Source of the DNA: Candidatus Krumholzibacteriota bacterium
GTDB lineage: Bacteria > Krumholzibacteriota > Krumholzibacteriia > LZORAL124-64-63
Direction of reading: 5' to 3'
NCBI GenBank assembly: GCA_039714075.1
Contig: JBDLKA010000018.1
Span: 1 to 49,951 of the forward strand
DNA: 49,951 nucleotides
Position 1 is the first letter of the stretch. Each line of letters starts with the position of its first letter. Under the pieces are notes generated by a model. That model made no database searches and was not told where the DNA came from. It saw nothing but the letters and a program-made list of their open reading frames with translations. Of this stretch, positions 18,267 through 30,363 are shown one piece after another. A program made the position numbers and the translations under genes.

Positions 18267-18983
18267 TCAGCGGGATTTCAATTGGGCCGCGGCGCGCTTC
18301 CAGTCTCCATTCGTGGTCACTTTCCAGTTGTCCTGTTCCCCGGCGACGACCTCGGGCGCGTGGCCCCGCGCGGCCAAAAGCCCGCCGTCATCCGTGAAAT
18401 CGGACCCCGTTTCCGCGGCCCAGGCGTGGGCGTCCCGAAACGGTTCCCAACGGAATACCTGGGGGGTTTGCACCGCCAGGAGGGTGGATCGGTCCAGGTA
18501 CAACCCGGTCCCCTCGTCCGACTGGACGATGGTGTCCGGCACCGCCACTCCGGGCACGGCGCCTGTTCCGGAGATGGCCGCCCGGCAAAGCCGGACCAGC
18601 AGTTCCGCCGAAGCAAAGGGCCGGGCCGCGTCGTGCACCGCAACCAGGTCGCCGGGTCGCGGCGAAAACCCGGCCTCCAGCTCCTTGACGGCGTTCCAGG
18701 TGGAGGCGGTCCGCGAGTGCCCCGCGGACGCCAACCGCCAGGGAATGTCCAGGTCACCCAAAGCGTCGCCGGCGGTCTCGCGCCAGTCATCCGGTACGGT
18801 GAGAATCAGATCGGCGGGGCGGAAACCCTCTCCCGGTTCCAGGGAGAGGAATTCGTTCAGGCTGACCGTGAAAAGCGGGCCACGATCCGTGGGGCGGAAC
18901 TGCTTGGGAACGTCACCGGCGGCCCCGGCCCGCAGTCCCTTGCCTCCCGCCAGAAGAATCAGGTGCAGATCACCGCCGGCCAT
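18267..18983 (-). CDS. ispD: 2-C-methyl-D-erythritol 4-phosphate cytidylyltransferase
   Basis: LAGGKGLR..PKQF, VHDAARP, VQTPQVF, FTDD, NWKVTT. Confidence 0.9.
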   Translation of the reverse strand: MAGGDLHLILLAGGKGLRAGAAGDVPKQFRPTDRGPLFTVSLNEFLSLEPGEGFRPADLILTVPDDWRETAGDALGDLDIPWRLASAGHSRTASTWNAVKELEAGFSPRPGDLVAVHDAARPFASAELLVRLCRAAISGTGAVPGVAVPDTIVQSDEGTGLYLDRSTLLAVQTPQVFRWEPFRDAHAWAAETGSDFTDDGGLLAARGHAPEVVAGEQDNWKVTTNGDWKRAAAQLKSR

Positions 18984-18984
18984 T

Positions 18985-20502
18985 TCAGTTCCCCTTCGCC
19001 CGGCGCGCGGAAGGCTGCAGGGCCAGGGCCACCGCTTCCTCCACGCTGGTGACGGTCATCAGCTCCATCCCTTCGGTCTTGCCCACGCGTGAGCCCGATC
19101 CTTCGGCCCGCGCCAGAACCGATCTGGCGAAGCCGTGCCGCGCGCCTTCCCGCAGCCGGCTCTCGAGATCGGCGACCTGCCGGACTTCTCCCGTCAATCC
19201 GACCTCGCCCAGCACCAGGGTATCCAGGGGAATGGGCCGTTCGCGCAAGGACGACGCCAGGGCGGCCATGATGGCCAGATCGGCCCCGGGGTCGTCGATC
19301 CGGCCGCCCCCGGCCACCTTCACGAAGATGTCGCAACCGGCCAGGTCCATCCCGGCCCTTTTTTCCAGGATGGCTGCCAGCAGGGCCACCCGTTTGTTGT
19401 CCACGCCCTGCACCACGCGCTGGGGGGTGCCGTATCGCGAAACGGAAACCAGGGCCTGCACCTCCACCAGGAAAACGCGCGACCCGTTTTTCACCGCGCA
19501 CACCGCCGACCCGGGCTCCACCCCGCGCCGGCCGCTAAGAAACAGAACCCCCGCCTGGTCCACCGGCACCAGGCCTTCGGCGCGCATCTCCATGACGGCC
19601 AGTTCGCCCGTGGTCCCGAAACGGTTTTTCACCGCGCGCACCATGCGGATGGCCCCGCCGCCGCTGCCCTCGAAATACAGCACGGTATCGACCATGTGTT
19701 CGAGCAGTTTGGGCCCGGCCAGGTCGCCGCTCTTGGTCACGTGGCCCACCAGGAAAACCGGGTGGCCGGTGTGTCTGGCGAAGTCGGCCAGAACGCCGCC
19801 GCAATAGCGGATCTGGGTCGGACTGCCCGGGAAGGAATCGATGTTTTCGCTGTGCAGGGTCTGAATCGAATCGGCGATGATCACCGTCGAGGCGGCTTCA
19901 TCGTCATCGGCGGCTTCCTGGTTGAGGGTTTCGACCAGGCTTTCCAGATGGACCTCGCCCAGGATGTGGAAACCGTCCTCCTGCTCAGGAGAAAACCCCA
20001 GGCGCTCGGCCCGCATGCGGATCTGGGCGGGAGACTCTTCACCGGCGACATAGATGACCTTGATCCCCTGGCGCACCCACCACAGGGCCAGCCCCGTCAG
20101 CAGGGTAGATTTGCCGACCCCGGGTTCACCGCCCAGCAGCACCACCGAGCCCTCGACCAGACCTCCGCCCAGGACACGAGCCACCTCGGCCGGATCCACG
20201 GGAAGACGGTTGGTTTCCGCGGAAGCAACCTTGGCCAATGGTACGGGCCGCAACCTGCCGTCCGGTCCCAGGGCTTCGGGCCAGGCCGCGGCGGCGCCCT
20301 TGCCCGCACCGCCACCGGATCCGAATCCCACCGGCCCCCTGCTTTTGGCGCTGAAGCCCTTGGCCCCCTTGCTGGCCGACTTGGCGGCCACCTTGACCTC
20401 GGCCAGGGTATTCCATTCCCGGCAACCGGGGCACTGGCCCAGCCAGCGCAGCTCCTCGTGGCCGCAGCTCTTGCAATAGAATCGCGTGGTTTCTTTAGCC
20501 AT
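18985..20502 (-). CDS. radA: DNA repair protein RadA/Sms
   Basis: C4 zinc finger CKSC...CPGC; GEPGVGKS; KNRFG; Lon-like C-terminus. Confidence 0.97.
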   Translation of the reverse strand: MAKETTRFYCKSCGHEELRWLGQCPGCREWNTLAEVKVAAKSASKGAKGFSAKSRGPVGFGSGGGAGKGAAAAWPEALGPDGRLRPVPLAKVASAETNRLPVDPAEVARVLGGGLVEGSVVLLGGEPGVGKSTLLTGLALWWVRQGIKVIYVAGEESPAQIRMRAERLGFSPEQEDGFHILGEVHLESLVETLNQEAADDDEAASTVIIADSIQTLHSENIDSFPGSPTQIRYCGGVLADFARHTGHPVFLVGHVTKSGDLAGPKLLEHMVDTVLYFEGSGGGAIRMVRAVKNRFGTTGELAVMEMRAEGLVPVDQAGVLFLSGRRGVEPGSAVCAVKNGSRVFLVEVQALVSVSRYGTPQRVVQGVDNKRVALLAAILEKRAGMDLAGCDIFVKVAGGGRIDDPGADLAIMAALASSLRERPIPLDTLVLGEVGLTGEVRQVADLESRLREGARHGFARSVLARAEGSGSRVGKTEGMELMTVTSVEEAVALALQPSARRAKGN

Positions 20503-20520
20503 GGTTCCTTTTCGTATCCG

Positions 20521-20557
20521 AAAAAAGGCCCGGGTCCCACCGCCGGGAGCCCGGGCC
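20521..20557 (-). terminator. Intrinsic terminator after the S8 peptidase gene
   Basis: GGCCCGGG/CCCGGGCC stem followed by T6 on the minus strand. Confidence 0.65.
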
Positions 20558-20574
20558 GTTCGGGTATCCGGTGA

Positions 20575-23109
20575 TCAGCGGATCAACAGCATCTTCCTGG
20601 TCTCGGCCACCGGGCCGCTTTCCAGACGATAGAGATATGTGCCACTGCCGACAGCCTTGCCGAACCGGTCGTTTCCATCCCAGACCGCGGTGTGGGAACC
20701 GGACGGCAGGTCCTCGTCAAGCAGCTTCCGGACCAGCATACCACGCACGTCGAAAATGGAAAGCCGGGTCTGGCCGGAACGGGCCAGATCGAAGGAGATT
20801 TCGGTCCGCGGATTGAACGGATTGGGCACGTTGGAGCCCAGAACCGTCGCCCGGGGAAGCACGCCGTCGTCAACAGGGGTCACGTAACGGACCAGGGTGA
20901 AATGCAGACCCCAGGAGTTCAGGGTCCCCGTGTTGCCCGGGAAGGGGTCGACCACGTTCAGGGTCCAATCACCCTTGTTGGACAGATCCAGATAGTCGTC
21001 CAGGCTGCCCGGTCCATCGGTCGTCAGGTTCGCGGGCCAGTTTCCGGTCAGATTTGCCAAGCCGGTCCCGGATTGGTCGTGGAGTAGGACCTCGGTGCCA
21101 TTGGGACCCGTCAACTTGACCAGCAGTTCACCCCGGTCGGGGTGGGTGACGTCGATATCGACGGTTACCTCGAGCATGAAACCCGAATCCACGATCGGAA
21201 CGTTGATCACACTGGTGATCCCGGCGCCGGAAGCGTCGGGAATGGCGGCGGCCGGCACCTCGGCGTAATCGCTGTAACGCCAGGGCCCGGTCGTGAAGGG
21301 ATGCGCGGACTCCGCCCCCTGATAGGGAAAAGAAGTCGTGAACCCGTTGGTGCCCTCGGCCTCGAGATAATACTCCACCAGGTAGTGATCAGCCTGGCCG
21401 GGAATGTCCGCAGCGTACGTATCCGGCGCCCCGGTGGCGACCAGGGGCAGGATGATCCAGGCCCCGCCGTTCACGCGGTAGACCAGGCGGATATTCCCCG
21501 TATCAACCCCCACGCGGTCGGTGATCACGGCGGAGACGGTATAGGGCCCGACCGTATCCTCGGTGTCGGGCAGAAGCTGGTGATCAATTATCGGGCCGAA
21601 CCAGGTGGCCGCGGCCCAGGCATCGACAATGCCCCAACCGAGGTCGTTGTCGGGAGCTCCCGACTGGCTGGCGGTCTGCTGCAGGGCCTCGATGACCTGC
21701 ATGGGCGTCAACTGGGGGACACGCTCCAGAATCAGGGCGACAACTCCGGAAGTCACCGGACAGCTGAACGAGGTCCCGGACACCGAGAGGTAACCCAGAT
21801 CATCCGTGGGATCGGCAACCGTATTGGACAGGCCCAGGGCGGCGACATCGGGCTTGGTCCGCCCGTCGAAAGTCGGACCCGGGGACGAGAAGGAAGTCAC
21901 GATCCCGCTGCTGTCCACCGCGCCCACGGTCAGGACGCTGTCCCCGTCGGCGGGGGCTATGATCGTCCCGGTCGTATTGCGGGAATTGCCCGCCGAATTC
22001 ACCACCACCATGCCCCGGCCCACGGCCAGGTCCGCGGCAATGGTCGTCACGGCGGTGTTGCCGTCCAGATCCTCGAAAACGTACCAGTCGAAATAGCCCA
22101 GCGATGAGGAAGCGAGATCCGCCCCGAAGGTTTCGATCCACTCCAGGCCGGCCACCCAGTGATCCTCTTCCAGGGGAACCTCCTGGGACACATCCTCGGT
22201 CTTTGCCAGCACCACCGAGGCGCCGAACGCGGGTCCCACCAGGCTGCCGGGCATGTTGCCGGCCACCGTCGACAGGGTCATGGTGCCGTGATTGCGGGAG
22301 CTGGCCGGATCAAGGCCCTCGTTGTCCACGTTGGGATCGCCGTTGACGAAATCCCAGGTTCCCAGGACCGGAATATGGTCCAGCGATTCGTGGAGGATGC
22401 GGAAACCCGTGTCGAGCATGCCGACCAGCACGCCCGCGCCGGACAGGCCGGCATCATGCAAGGGCAGGACGTTGACCTGGGTCATGGCGTCCAGGTTGGT
22501 GCCGTAATCAATCGCGCCCGCAGCTTTTTCTTCCTGGCGCGCTCCGGGGATCAGGCGCACCGGCTCTCCCACCGGCGTGGGCACCGCCGCGCGGCGGGAC
22601 CGGTTCACCAGGTCCAGGCGGGCCACGCAATCCAGTCGGGACAGCTCCAAAACCTGTTCCCGGGTGACCTGGTAACTGGCGGCGTTCAACCAGCGGCTGG
22701 TCTGCCGGGGCACCGCCCCGGTGGCCCGGACCCGGGTAAGGTACGGGGGATGGACGGCCAGATCGGCCTCGTCCACAAGCCCGCCCCGCAAGGGCGCGAC
22801 CTTGGCCCTGCGCCGGGCCGCTCTGGGAGTCAAGTCCGCCTCGGCCGCGGCCAGGGCGGCGGCCAACGCGTCACCGGACACACCCTTGTCGCGGAAAAAC
22901 ACCCACACCGCCCAGGGACCGTCGCCCTGCAGGGCCTGCTGGAGACGCGGCGACATCACCGACTGATCTTCCGGCCCCTGGAAGGAATACCAGAACAGCG
23001 AGACAAACAGTGTCAAACAGGCCGATAGCAGAACGGGTGGGTTCCGAAACGATTTGCGGATCATGGGCGTCTTTCCGGAAGTGAGAAAAGGAAATGATTG
23101 TTGCGCCAT
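20575..23109 (-). CDS. Secreted S8 (subtilisin) peptidase with P-domain and FlgD-Ig/CTD-like tail (start may be 23064)
   Basis: Catalytic triad LDTG/NHGT/GTSFS; P-domain VDIDVTH...GDWTLNVVD...GTLNSWGL; PNPFNPRT. Confidence 0.93.
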   Translation of the reverse strand: MAQQSFPFLTSGKTPMIRKSFRNPPVLLSACLTLFVSLFWYSFQGPEDQSVMSPRLQQALQGDGPWAVWVFFRDKGVSGDALAAALAAAEADLTPRAARRRAKVAPLRGGLVDEADLAVHPPYLTRVRATGAVPRQTSRWLNAASYQVTREQVLELSRLDCVARLDLVNRSRRAAVPTPVGEPVRLIPGARQEEKAAGAIDYGTNLDAMTQVNVLPLHDAGLSGAGVLVGMLDTGFRILHESLDHIPVLGTWDFVNGDPNVDNEGLDPASSRNHGTMTLSTVAGNMPGSLVGPAFGASVVLAKTEDVSQEVPLEEDHWVAGLEWIETFGADLASSSLGYFDWYVFEDLDGNTAVTTIAADLAVGRGMVVVNSAGNSRNTTGTIIAPADGDSVLTVGAVDSSGIVTSFSSPGPTFDGRTKPDVAALGLSNTVADPTDDLGYLSVSGTSFSCPVTSGVVALILERVPQLTPMQVIEALQQTASQSGAPDNDLGWGIVDAWAAATWFGPIIDHQLLPDTEDTVGPYTVSAVITDRVGVDTGNIRLVYRVNGGAWIILPLVATGAPDTYAADIPGQADHYLVEYYLEAEGTNGFTTSFPYQGAESAHPFTTGPWRYSDYAEVPAAAIPDASGAGITSVINVPIVDSGFMLEVTVDIDVTHPDRGELLVKLTGPNGTEVLLHDQSGTGLANLTGNWPANLTTDGPGSLDDYLDLSNKGDWTLNVVDPFPGNTGTLNSWGLHFTLVRYVTPVDDGVLPRATVLGSNVPNPFNPRTEISFDLARSGQTRLSIFDVRGMLVRKLLDEDLPSGSHTAVWDGNDRFGKAVGSGTYLYRLESGPVAETRKMLLIR

Positions 23110-23118
23110 GATTATATC

Positions 23119-23151
23119 AAAAAATCAGGGGGAGCGAAATGCTCCCCCTTG
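23119..23151 (-). terminator. Intrinsic terminator
   Basis: AGGGGGAGC/GCTCCCCCT stem followed by a T-tract on the minus strand. Confidence 0.6.
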
Positions 23152-23177
23152 AACGATCTCGATCGGGACCTCTTGTT

Positions 23178-24155
23178 TTAATGGGCAGAGGGAGGATCGC
23201 CCGCGGTTTCCTCATCTTCAGGCTCTATCAACCCCATGTCCACCAACACGTTGAAAAGCCACCATTGGGCGGTGCCCCACATTTCCCAGGCCTCGCCCAG
23301 AATGTCGAGGCAGAGATAGGCTTCCTCTTCGCTGCCCGGAACGACCAGCGCGGGCAATTCGTCCTCGGGCTCGGCGCCCATACCAACCAGCAGCAGGGCC
23401 ACGTGGGGATTCTTCTCCATGGCGTGGTTCAGGGCATCCCGGGCCGCTTCTTCATCCCCGGTCATCAGGAACAGCAGGACCCAGGCCCAGTTGAAAACGG
23501 CCCGGGCATCGTCGTCGTATTCCTCGAGAAGATCCCAGGACCTCTGGATCTCCCCCATGCTCAGGTAATAACCGAGCAGCAGGGCGCCGTTGCCCATGTG
23601 GTCGGCGGGATCCAGGTCCATCAGGTTTTCATAATGGGCCACGGCGTCGAAACGACGGCCCACGTTCCACAGGACTTCCGCCAGCTGCTTGATGGTCCGC
23701 ATGTAGGGCCGGGCTTCGACCATGGGCCAGAAACCGCCCATGAACTCGGCGAAAAATTCCTCTCCCAGCTCGTTCTCGCCGCAGGTGGCGGCATGCTCGA
23801 GGGCGGTTACCAGTTCGCCCACGTCTTCGCTGGTGATGAAGGCGCGGATGGTCAGGGCGTCCACGCAATGGGGATCCACCAGCAGGGCCTTGTCCACCAG
23901 TTCGAGAGCCGCTTCCTCATCGGTCGCCTCATAGGCCTCGAAGGCGAATTCCTGGGCCAATTCCTCGGGGTCGTCCTTCAGGGACTCCAGGCGCTTGTCG
24001 GTCAGGCCCTCGTCGATGAAGCCGGGCAGGCTGTCGCGGAATTCCTTTTCCGAGGTGAACTCGGCATCATCCATGCGGCGCCGGGCCTCGCGCATCAGGC
24101 GCTCGACGAGAAAAGGGGAGTCGGGCTGGTTGGTGCTGTCGGGCGATTTCGACAT
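23178..24155 (-). CDS. Acidic helical-repeat (TPR-like) hypothetical protein
   Basis: KALLVDPHCVDAL, FWPMVEARPYMR, LMDLDPADHMG; helical repeat pattern. Confidence 0.75.
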   Translation of the reverse strand: MSKSPDSTNQPDSPFLVERLMREARRRMDDAEFTSEKEFRDSLPGFIDEGLTDKRLESLKDDPEELAQEFAFEAYEATDEEAALELVDKALLVDPHCVDALTIRAFITSEDVGELVTALEHAATCGENELGEEFFAEFMGGFWPMVEARPYMRTIKQLAEVLWNVGRRFDAVAHYENLMDLDPADHMGNGALLLGYYLSMGEIQRSWDLLEEYDDDARAVFNWAWVLLFLMTGDEEAARDALNHAMEKNPHVALLLVGMGAEPEDELPALVVPGSEEEAYLCLDILGEAWEMWGTAQWWLFNVLVDMGLIEPEDEETAGDPPSAH

Positions 24156-24345
24156 CTCGGTACTTCCCATTCGATCACGAAAGCCAATTCACAGGGACGG
24201 GTGGAAGCGGGAAAGTTCAGGGTTGGAGGCCCAAAACGCCAATTATTTGATCCTTGGTTGTCAAAGACCCATTGGTGCCCTGACAAACCAAATGTTATGG
24301 TTCTTGCGACTGAATCGGTTACAGCCATCCAAAGGAATCCTGATT

Positions 24346-25281
24346 ATGTCCGGATCATTGAAAATCGGCCTGGCACTGGGCAGCGGAGGCGCCCGCGGGG
24401 TGGCCCACGCCGGCGTCCTGCAAGCCCTGGAAGAAGCCGGCATCCGCCCCCAACTGGTCGCAGGCACCAGCATGGGTTCCATCGTGGGCGGCCTTTACGC
24501 CCAGGACCCCGATCCCGTCAAAGTCTGGCGCCGCCTGGAAGCCTACGTGGGCAACGAGGATTTCGCTTCCTACTGGGCCCCCTTCGTCCCCCGCGACGAC
24601 ACCGATTCCGGCGATTCCCAGAGCCGTCTGACCGGCATTTTCGATTTCATGCAGCGGAAAATGATCGCCGTCAAGACCGTGACCCAGGCCTACATGCAGG
24701 ACGAGATGAGGCTCCGCGGACCCCTGGCGGAATTATTCGGACCGGTGGGTTTCGAGGAACTGGCCATTCCCCTGGCCGCGGTGGCCCTGGACCTGATCTC
24801 CGGAGATAAGGTCGTCTATACCTCCGGACCGGTGGTCGACGGCATCTACGCCAGCAGCGCCATCCCCAGTGTCTTTCCCCCCCTCACCACCGACGGCCGG
24901 ATGATCTGCGACGGCGGCGGCCCCTTCCGGGTCCCGGTGGACGCCTGTCGGGATCTGGGCGCCGATTTCATCATCGCCGTGGACATCCCCGCCTTCGAGG
25001 AAACCAGTTTTTCCACGGGCCTGGACATGATCCTGCGCAGCAATACCATCGCCCGCCAGCGGTTGAACAAGATCATCTGCGCCCAGGCCGATTTCGTCAT
25101 CCGGCCCGAAGTGACCGAATTCCACTGGGCCGATTTCAGCGCCGGGGATGCCTGCCGCGCCCGCGGGTACGAAGCCGGTCTCGCGGCAGTGGGAGAATTG
25201 GAAAAACTCCTGCGGTGGCGCAGGAGCTTCCCCTATCGAATGAAATGCAGGGCCCGCCGCCTGTTGCGGATGGATACCTGA
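24346..25281 (+). CDS. Patatin-like phospholipase (RssA/NTE family)
   Basis: LALGSGGARG, GTSMG, DGG. Confidence 0.93.
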   Translation: MSGSLKIGLALGSGGARGVAHAGVLQALEEAGIRPQLVAGTSMGSIVGGLYAQDPDPVKVWRRLEAYVGNEDFASYWAPFVPRDDTDSGDSQSRLTGIFDFMQRKMIAVKTVTQAYMQDEMRLRGPLAELFGPVGFEELAIPLAAVALDLISGDKVVYTSGPVVDGIYASSAIPSVFPPLTTDGRMICDGGGPFRVPVDACRDLGADFIIAVDIPAFEETSFSTGLDMILRSNTIARQRLNKIICAQADFVIRPEVTEFHWADFSAGDACRARGYEAGLAAVGELEKLLRWRRSFPYRMKCRARRLLRMDT

Positions 25282-25287
25282 GCCGAC

Positions 25288-26430
25288 CTAGTTGGTAGTA
25301 TGGCACGCCGAGCATATCTGATTCAGATTGCCGTTCTCATGCCTCAGAAAAAACTCGGCCTCGACACCGGTATTGCCCTGGCGGTGCACCGAGTGGCAGG
25401 TCTCACAGACCAGGTTGTTGGCGGTGGCAGACGTCCAGTCCACTCCCGGAATCCCGTCCTCGTCGATCTGGTTCGCCCAGGGCATGGCGGGGGTCAAGCC
25501 GTTGTTCATGTTGACGTCCGAGGGAATTCCCGTGAAGTGCGTGTTGGCGCCCACCGGCGGCGCCCCGGCGGCGCTGTGGCAGGAAACGCAGTAGGCCGAG
25601 TTGGCGTTGTCCGCCATCAGCAGATAACCGTAGTCGATTTCCGTGGGATTATGAACGTCATGGCACTTGTTGCAACCGCCCACCGGCGTACCGCCGCTGG
25701 TTGATATCGTCGGATGTTTCCACTCGGTGCCGTCATTGACGGCTTCGGAATAGTCGAAGACGTCCGTGGCCGCCATGCCGCCGGTGCCGATGTCCGCTTC
25801 ATCGGGAGCGATGCCGTTGTGGCAGGAGATGCAGAAATCACCGTAATAGGTGGTGTTGTTGTCGGCCAGAAGGGCCGGATGGGTGAGGGAGCCGATCTGG
25901 GTGGTTTGTGGGGTGGCTCCATGGGCCGTGTGGCACTGGCTGCAGGTAAAATTGGCATCGGTGAAGTGGTTGTTGGCCGCGGTGTGGTCGCCAAGCGAAG
26001 CGGCCAGCCCGGACGGAGAGGAGTCATGGCAGTCCACACACCATGAATTGCCGACCAGGTTGCACTTCAGGAATTTGCCGGTTCCGTTCGGTCTCTGGAT
26101 GTGCACGTCGTGGCAACTGACCCAGGCACTGCAACCGACACCGAACAATATGTGCTGTTCGAGAGTGGGGTCGAACACGGTATCCTGACCGATGGTGGTG
26201 ACGCTGCCGTCATGGCACGAATAGCACATATCCATATAGAACGGAAAGGTCCCCGAAGGAGGACTTGACCACAAGTTGTCGCCGAATGCGTTGTGAGGAA
26301 TGTGGCAGGCGAAACACAGTTGCTGCGCTCCGGCCGAAAGGTCATGGTCCGATCCCTCCACTCCGCCAAGCGCCGCCATGGGCGCCAGGCAGCAAGCCAG
26401 GACAATGGTGGTGGTGATGAGCTTCTTCAC
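25288..26430 (-). CDS. Secreted multiheme c-type cytochrome (9 CxxCH plus one CX5CH), OmcE-like termini
   Basis: GTG start after AGGGGG; signal peptide; CFACH, CYSCH, CSAWVSCH, CVDCH, CSQCH, CISCH, CNKCH, CVSCH, CETCH, CSACH. Confidence 0.92.
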   Translation of the reverse strand: MKKLITTTIVLACCLAPMAALGGVEGSDHDLSAGAQQLCFACHIPHNAFGDNLWSSPPSGTFPFYMDMCYSCHDGSVTTIGQDTVFDPTLEQHILFGVGCSAWVSCHDVHIQRPNGTGKFLKCNLVGNSWCVDCHDSSPSGLAASLGDHTAANNHFTDANFTCSQCHTAHGATPQTTQIGSLTHPALLADNNTTYYGDFCISCHNGIAPDEADIGTGGMAATDVFDYSEAVNDGTEWKHPTISTSGGTPVGGCNKCHDVHNPTEIDYGYLLMADNANSAYCVSCHSAAGAPPVGANTHFTGIPSDVNMNNGLTPAMPWANQIDEDGIPGVDWTSATANNLVCETCHSVHRQGNTGVEAEFFLRHENGNLNQICSACHTTN

Positions 26431-26675
26431 TTTGTAATCCCCCTGGAGAAATACCCGCAAAAAAGTTGGACGGAGACTCAGGCGGCTCCTGACAAATCCA
26501 AAAAAATCAGGGACACTTTTTTGTGTTCAAATGCGATGAAACCGGGCCTATTCAATTTCCAGTATTTTATCATATTTGAAAATGATGAGACAACATCATT
26601 GTTTGGTTTTTTGGTGATATTTAAGGGAGTTGCCTTGGGCACGGAGGCATTTCGGCCCATCACTGATGTCACCGC

Positions 26676-26697
26676 AAAAAATGCCCCCCGGGGGGCA
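26676..26697 (-). terminator. leuS terminator
   Basis: TGCCCCCCGGGGGGCA palindrome followed by T6 on the minus strand. Confidence 0.6.
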
Positions 26698-26717
26698 GTA
26701 TTATGTCAAGCCAGCCC

Positions 26718-29135
<2,418 letters not shown>

Positions 29136-29358
29136 TGTCGTTCCTTGAATCGGGGTCGGGGCCCGGTGGGGGCCGTTTCAAAGCGGCGATCAAGCTGGGA
29201 ATATGGGGTATTCGGCCCCAAATGACAACCGGCAGGGCAATTCCGGACCCCTCAGAGGCAATTTTCGGCCCTCTGGGCAACAATTGGTTAAGCCCGTCAA
29301 TCCATTGTCGATATGAGTAACGATAAGAATGATGAAACCAATGCCCTGGAGATGATCA

Positions 29359-30285
29359 ATGAGCAGTGACAAGACCAAGGCCGCGGCTGCCGCCTGCCCG
29401 CCCGAAGCCCAGGAGACCGCGAAGCTCGAATTGCAGTCCATGCGGAACTGGTATCTGCTGGCTTCATTCACCGCCCTGAGCACGATCGGCCTGCTGATCG
29501 CCGTCACTCCGATCCTGAGCAAAAGCATCTCCGCCTTCTGGCCCTGGGCCCGCACGGACCTGGTCCTGATGGTCGGTCTCGGCGGATCGATCCTGCTGCT
29601 GATCCTGCACCTGACCTACCAGCAGATCAAGGTCACCGGCTTGAGGCACCACATGCAGGCCATCGAAACGAAGGCTACCGAAACCCGGCAACAGAATTCG
29701 TCGCGCCTGCACGCCCTGCTCAACGTCAGCCGGATGATGGGTTCGGTCACCGACCCTTCCAGCGTCTTCGAGGCCATCACCAGCACCTGCATGGAAATCT
29801 TCGATTGCCACCAGTCGTCGCTGATGCTGCTGAACTCCGAAACCAACATGCTGGAGATGAAGGCGGCCACCGGCCACGTCAACCAGGAAAGGGTCAAGCA
29901 GGTCAAACAACCCGTCGGCAAGGGCATTGCCGGCTATGTCGCCCTGCAGAAAATGCCGGTCATCCTGGGCAAGAACGTGGATCCCGGAAAATACCCCGGT
30001 CTGAAAGTCCAGGCCATGAAGCTGACCGCGGCCATGGTCGTGCCCATCCTGGTAAGGGACGAACTGGTCGGCGTGCTCAACATCAGCAGCCGCGCCGAGG
30101 ACACCCTCTATTATGAAGAGGACCTGCGGGCCCTGGAGGTTTTCGCCGAAAACGCCGGCACCTGCATCAGGCAGGCCGAGCGGTCGGAGTGGATGCGGCA
30201 GACCATCGAAAGAATGCGCCGGCAGAACGCCCACGACAATCCGGCGCCCGCCCTGGATTCGGTGCCCCTGGTCGTCGATCCGTAA
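29359..30285 (+). CDS. Membrane-anchored GAF domain protein without output domain
   Basis: Two TMs, coiled coil, GAF motifs GKGIAGYVA and VPILVRDELVGVLNI. Confidence 0.85.
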   Translation: MSSDKTKAAAAACPPEAQETAKLELQSMRNWYLLASFTALSTIGLLIAVTPILSKSISAFWPWARTDLVLMVGLGGSILLLILHLTYQQIKVTGLRHHMQAIETKATETRQQNSSRLHALLNVSRMMGSVTDPSSVFEAITSTCMEIFDCHQSSLMLLNSETNMLEMKAATGHVNQERVKQVKQPVGKGIAGYVALQKMPVILGKNVDPGKYPGLKVQAMKLTAAMVVPILVRDELVGVLNISSRAEDTLYYEEDLRALEVFAENAGTCIRQAERSEWMRQTIERMRRQNAHDNPAPALDSVPLVVDP

Positions 30286-30363
30286 ACCGTTGGCCGCACC
30301 ACCGGTGCCGGTGTTATCCTGGAGACGAAGCCCTTTCTGTCTTTCAGCGAAGGAAGATCGTCG

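Noticed and set aside
20270..20400. Gly/Ala/Lys-rich insertion in RadA
   Set aside because: Falls in the known variable linker after the zinc finger; frame is intact.
24254..24291. TTGGTTGTCA...TGACAAACCAA inverted repeat
   Set aside because: Adequately explained by back-to-back -35 elements of divergent promoters.
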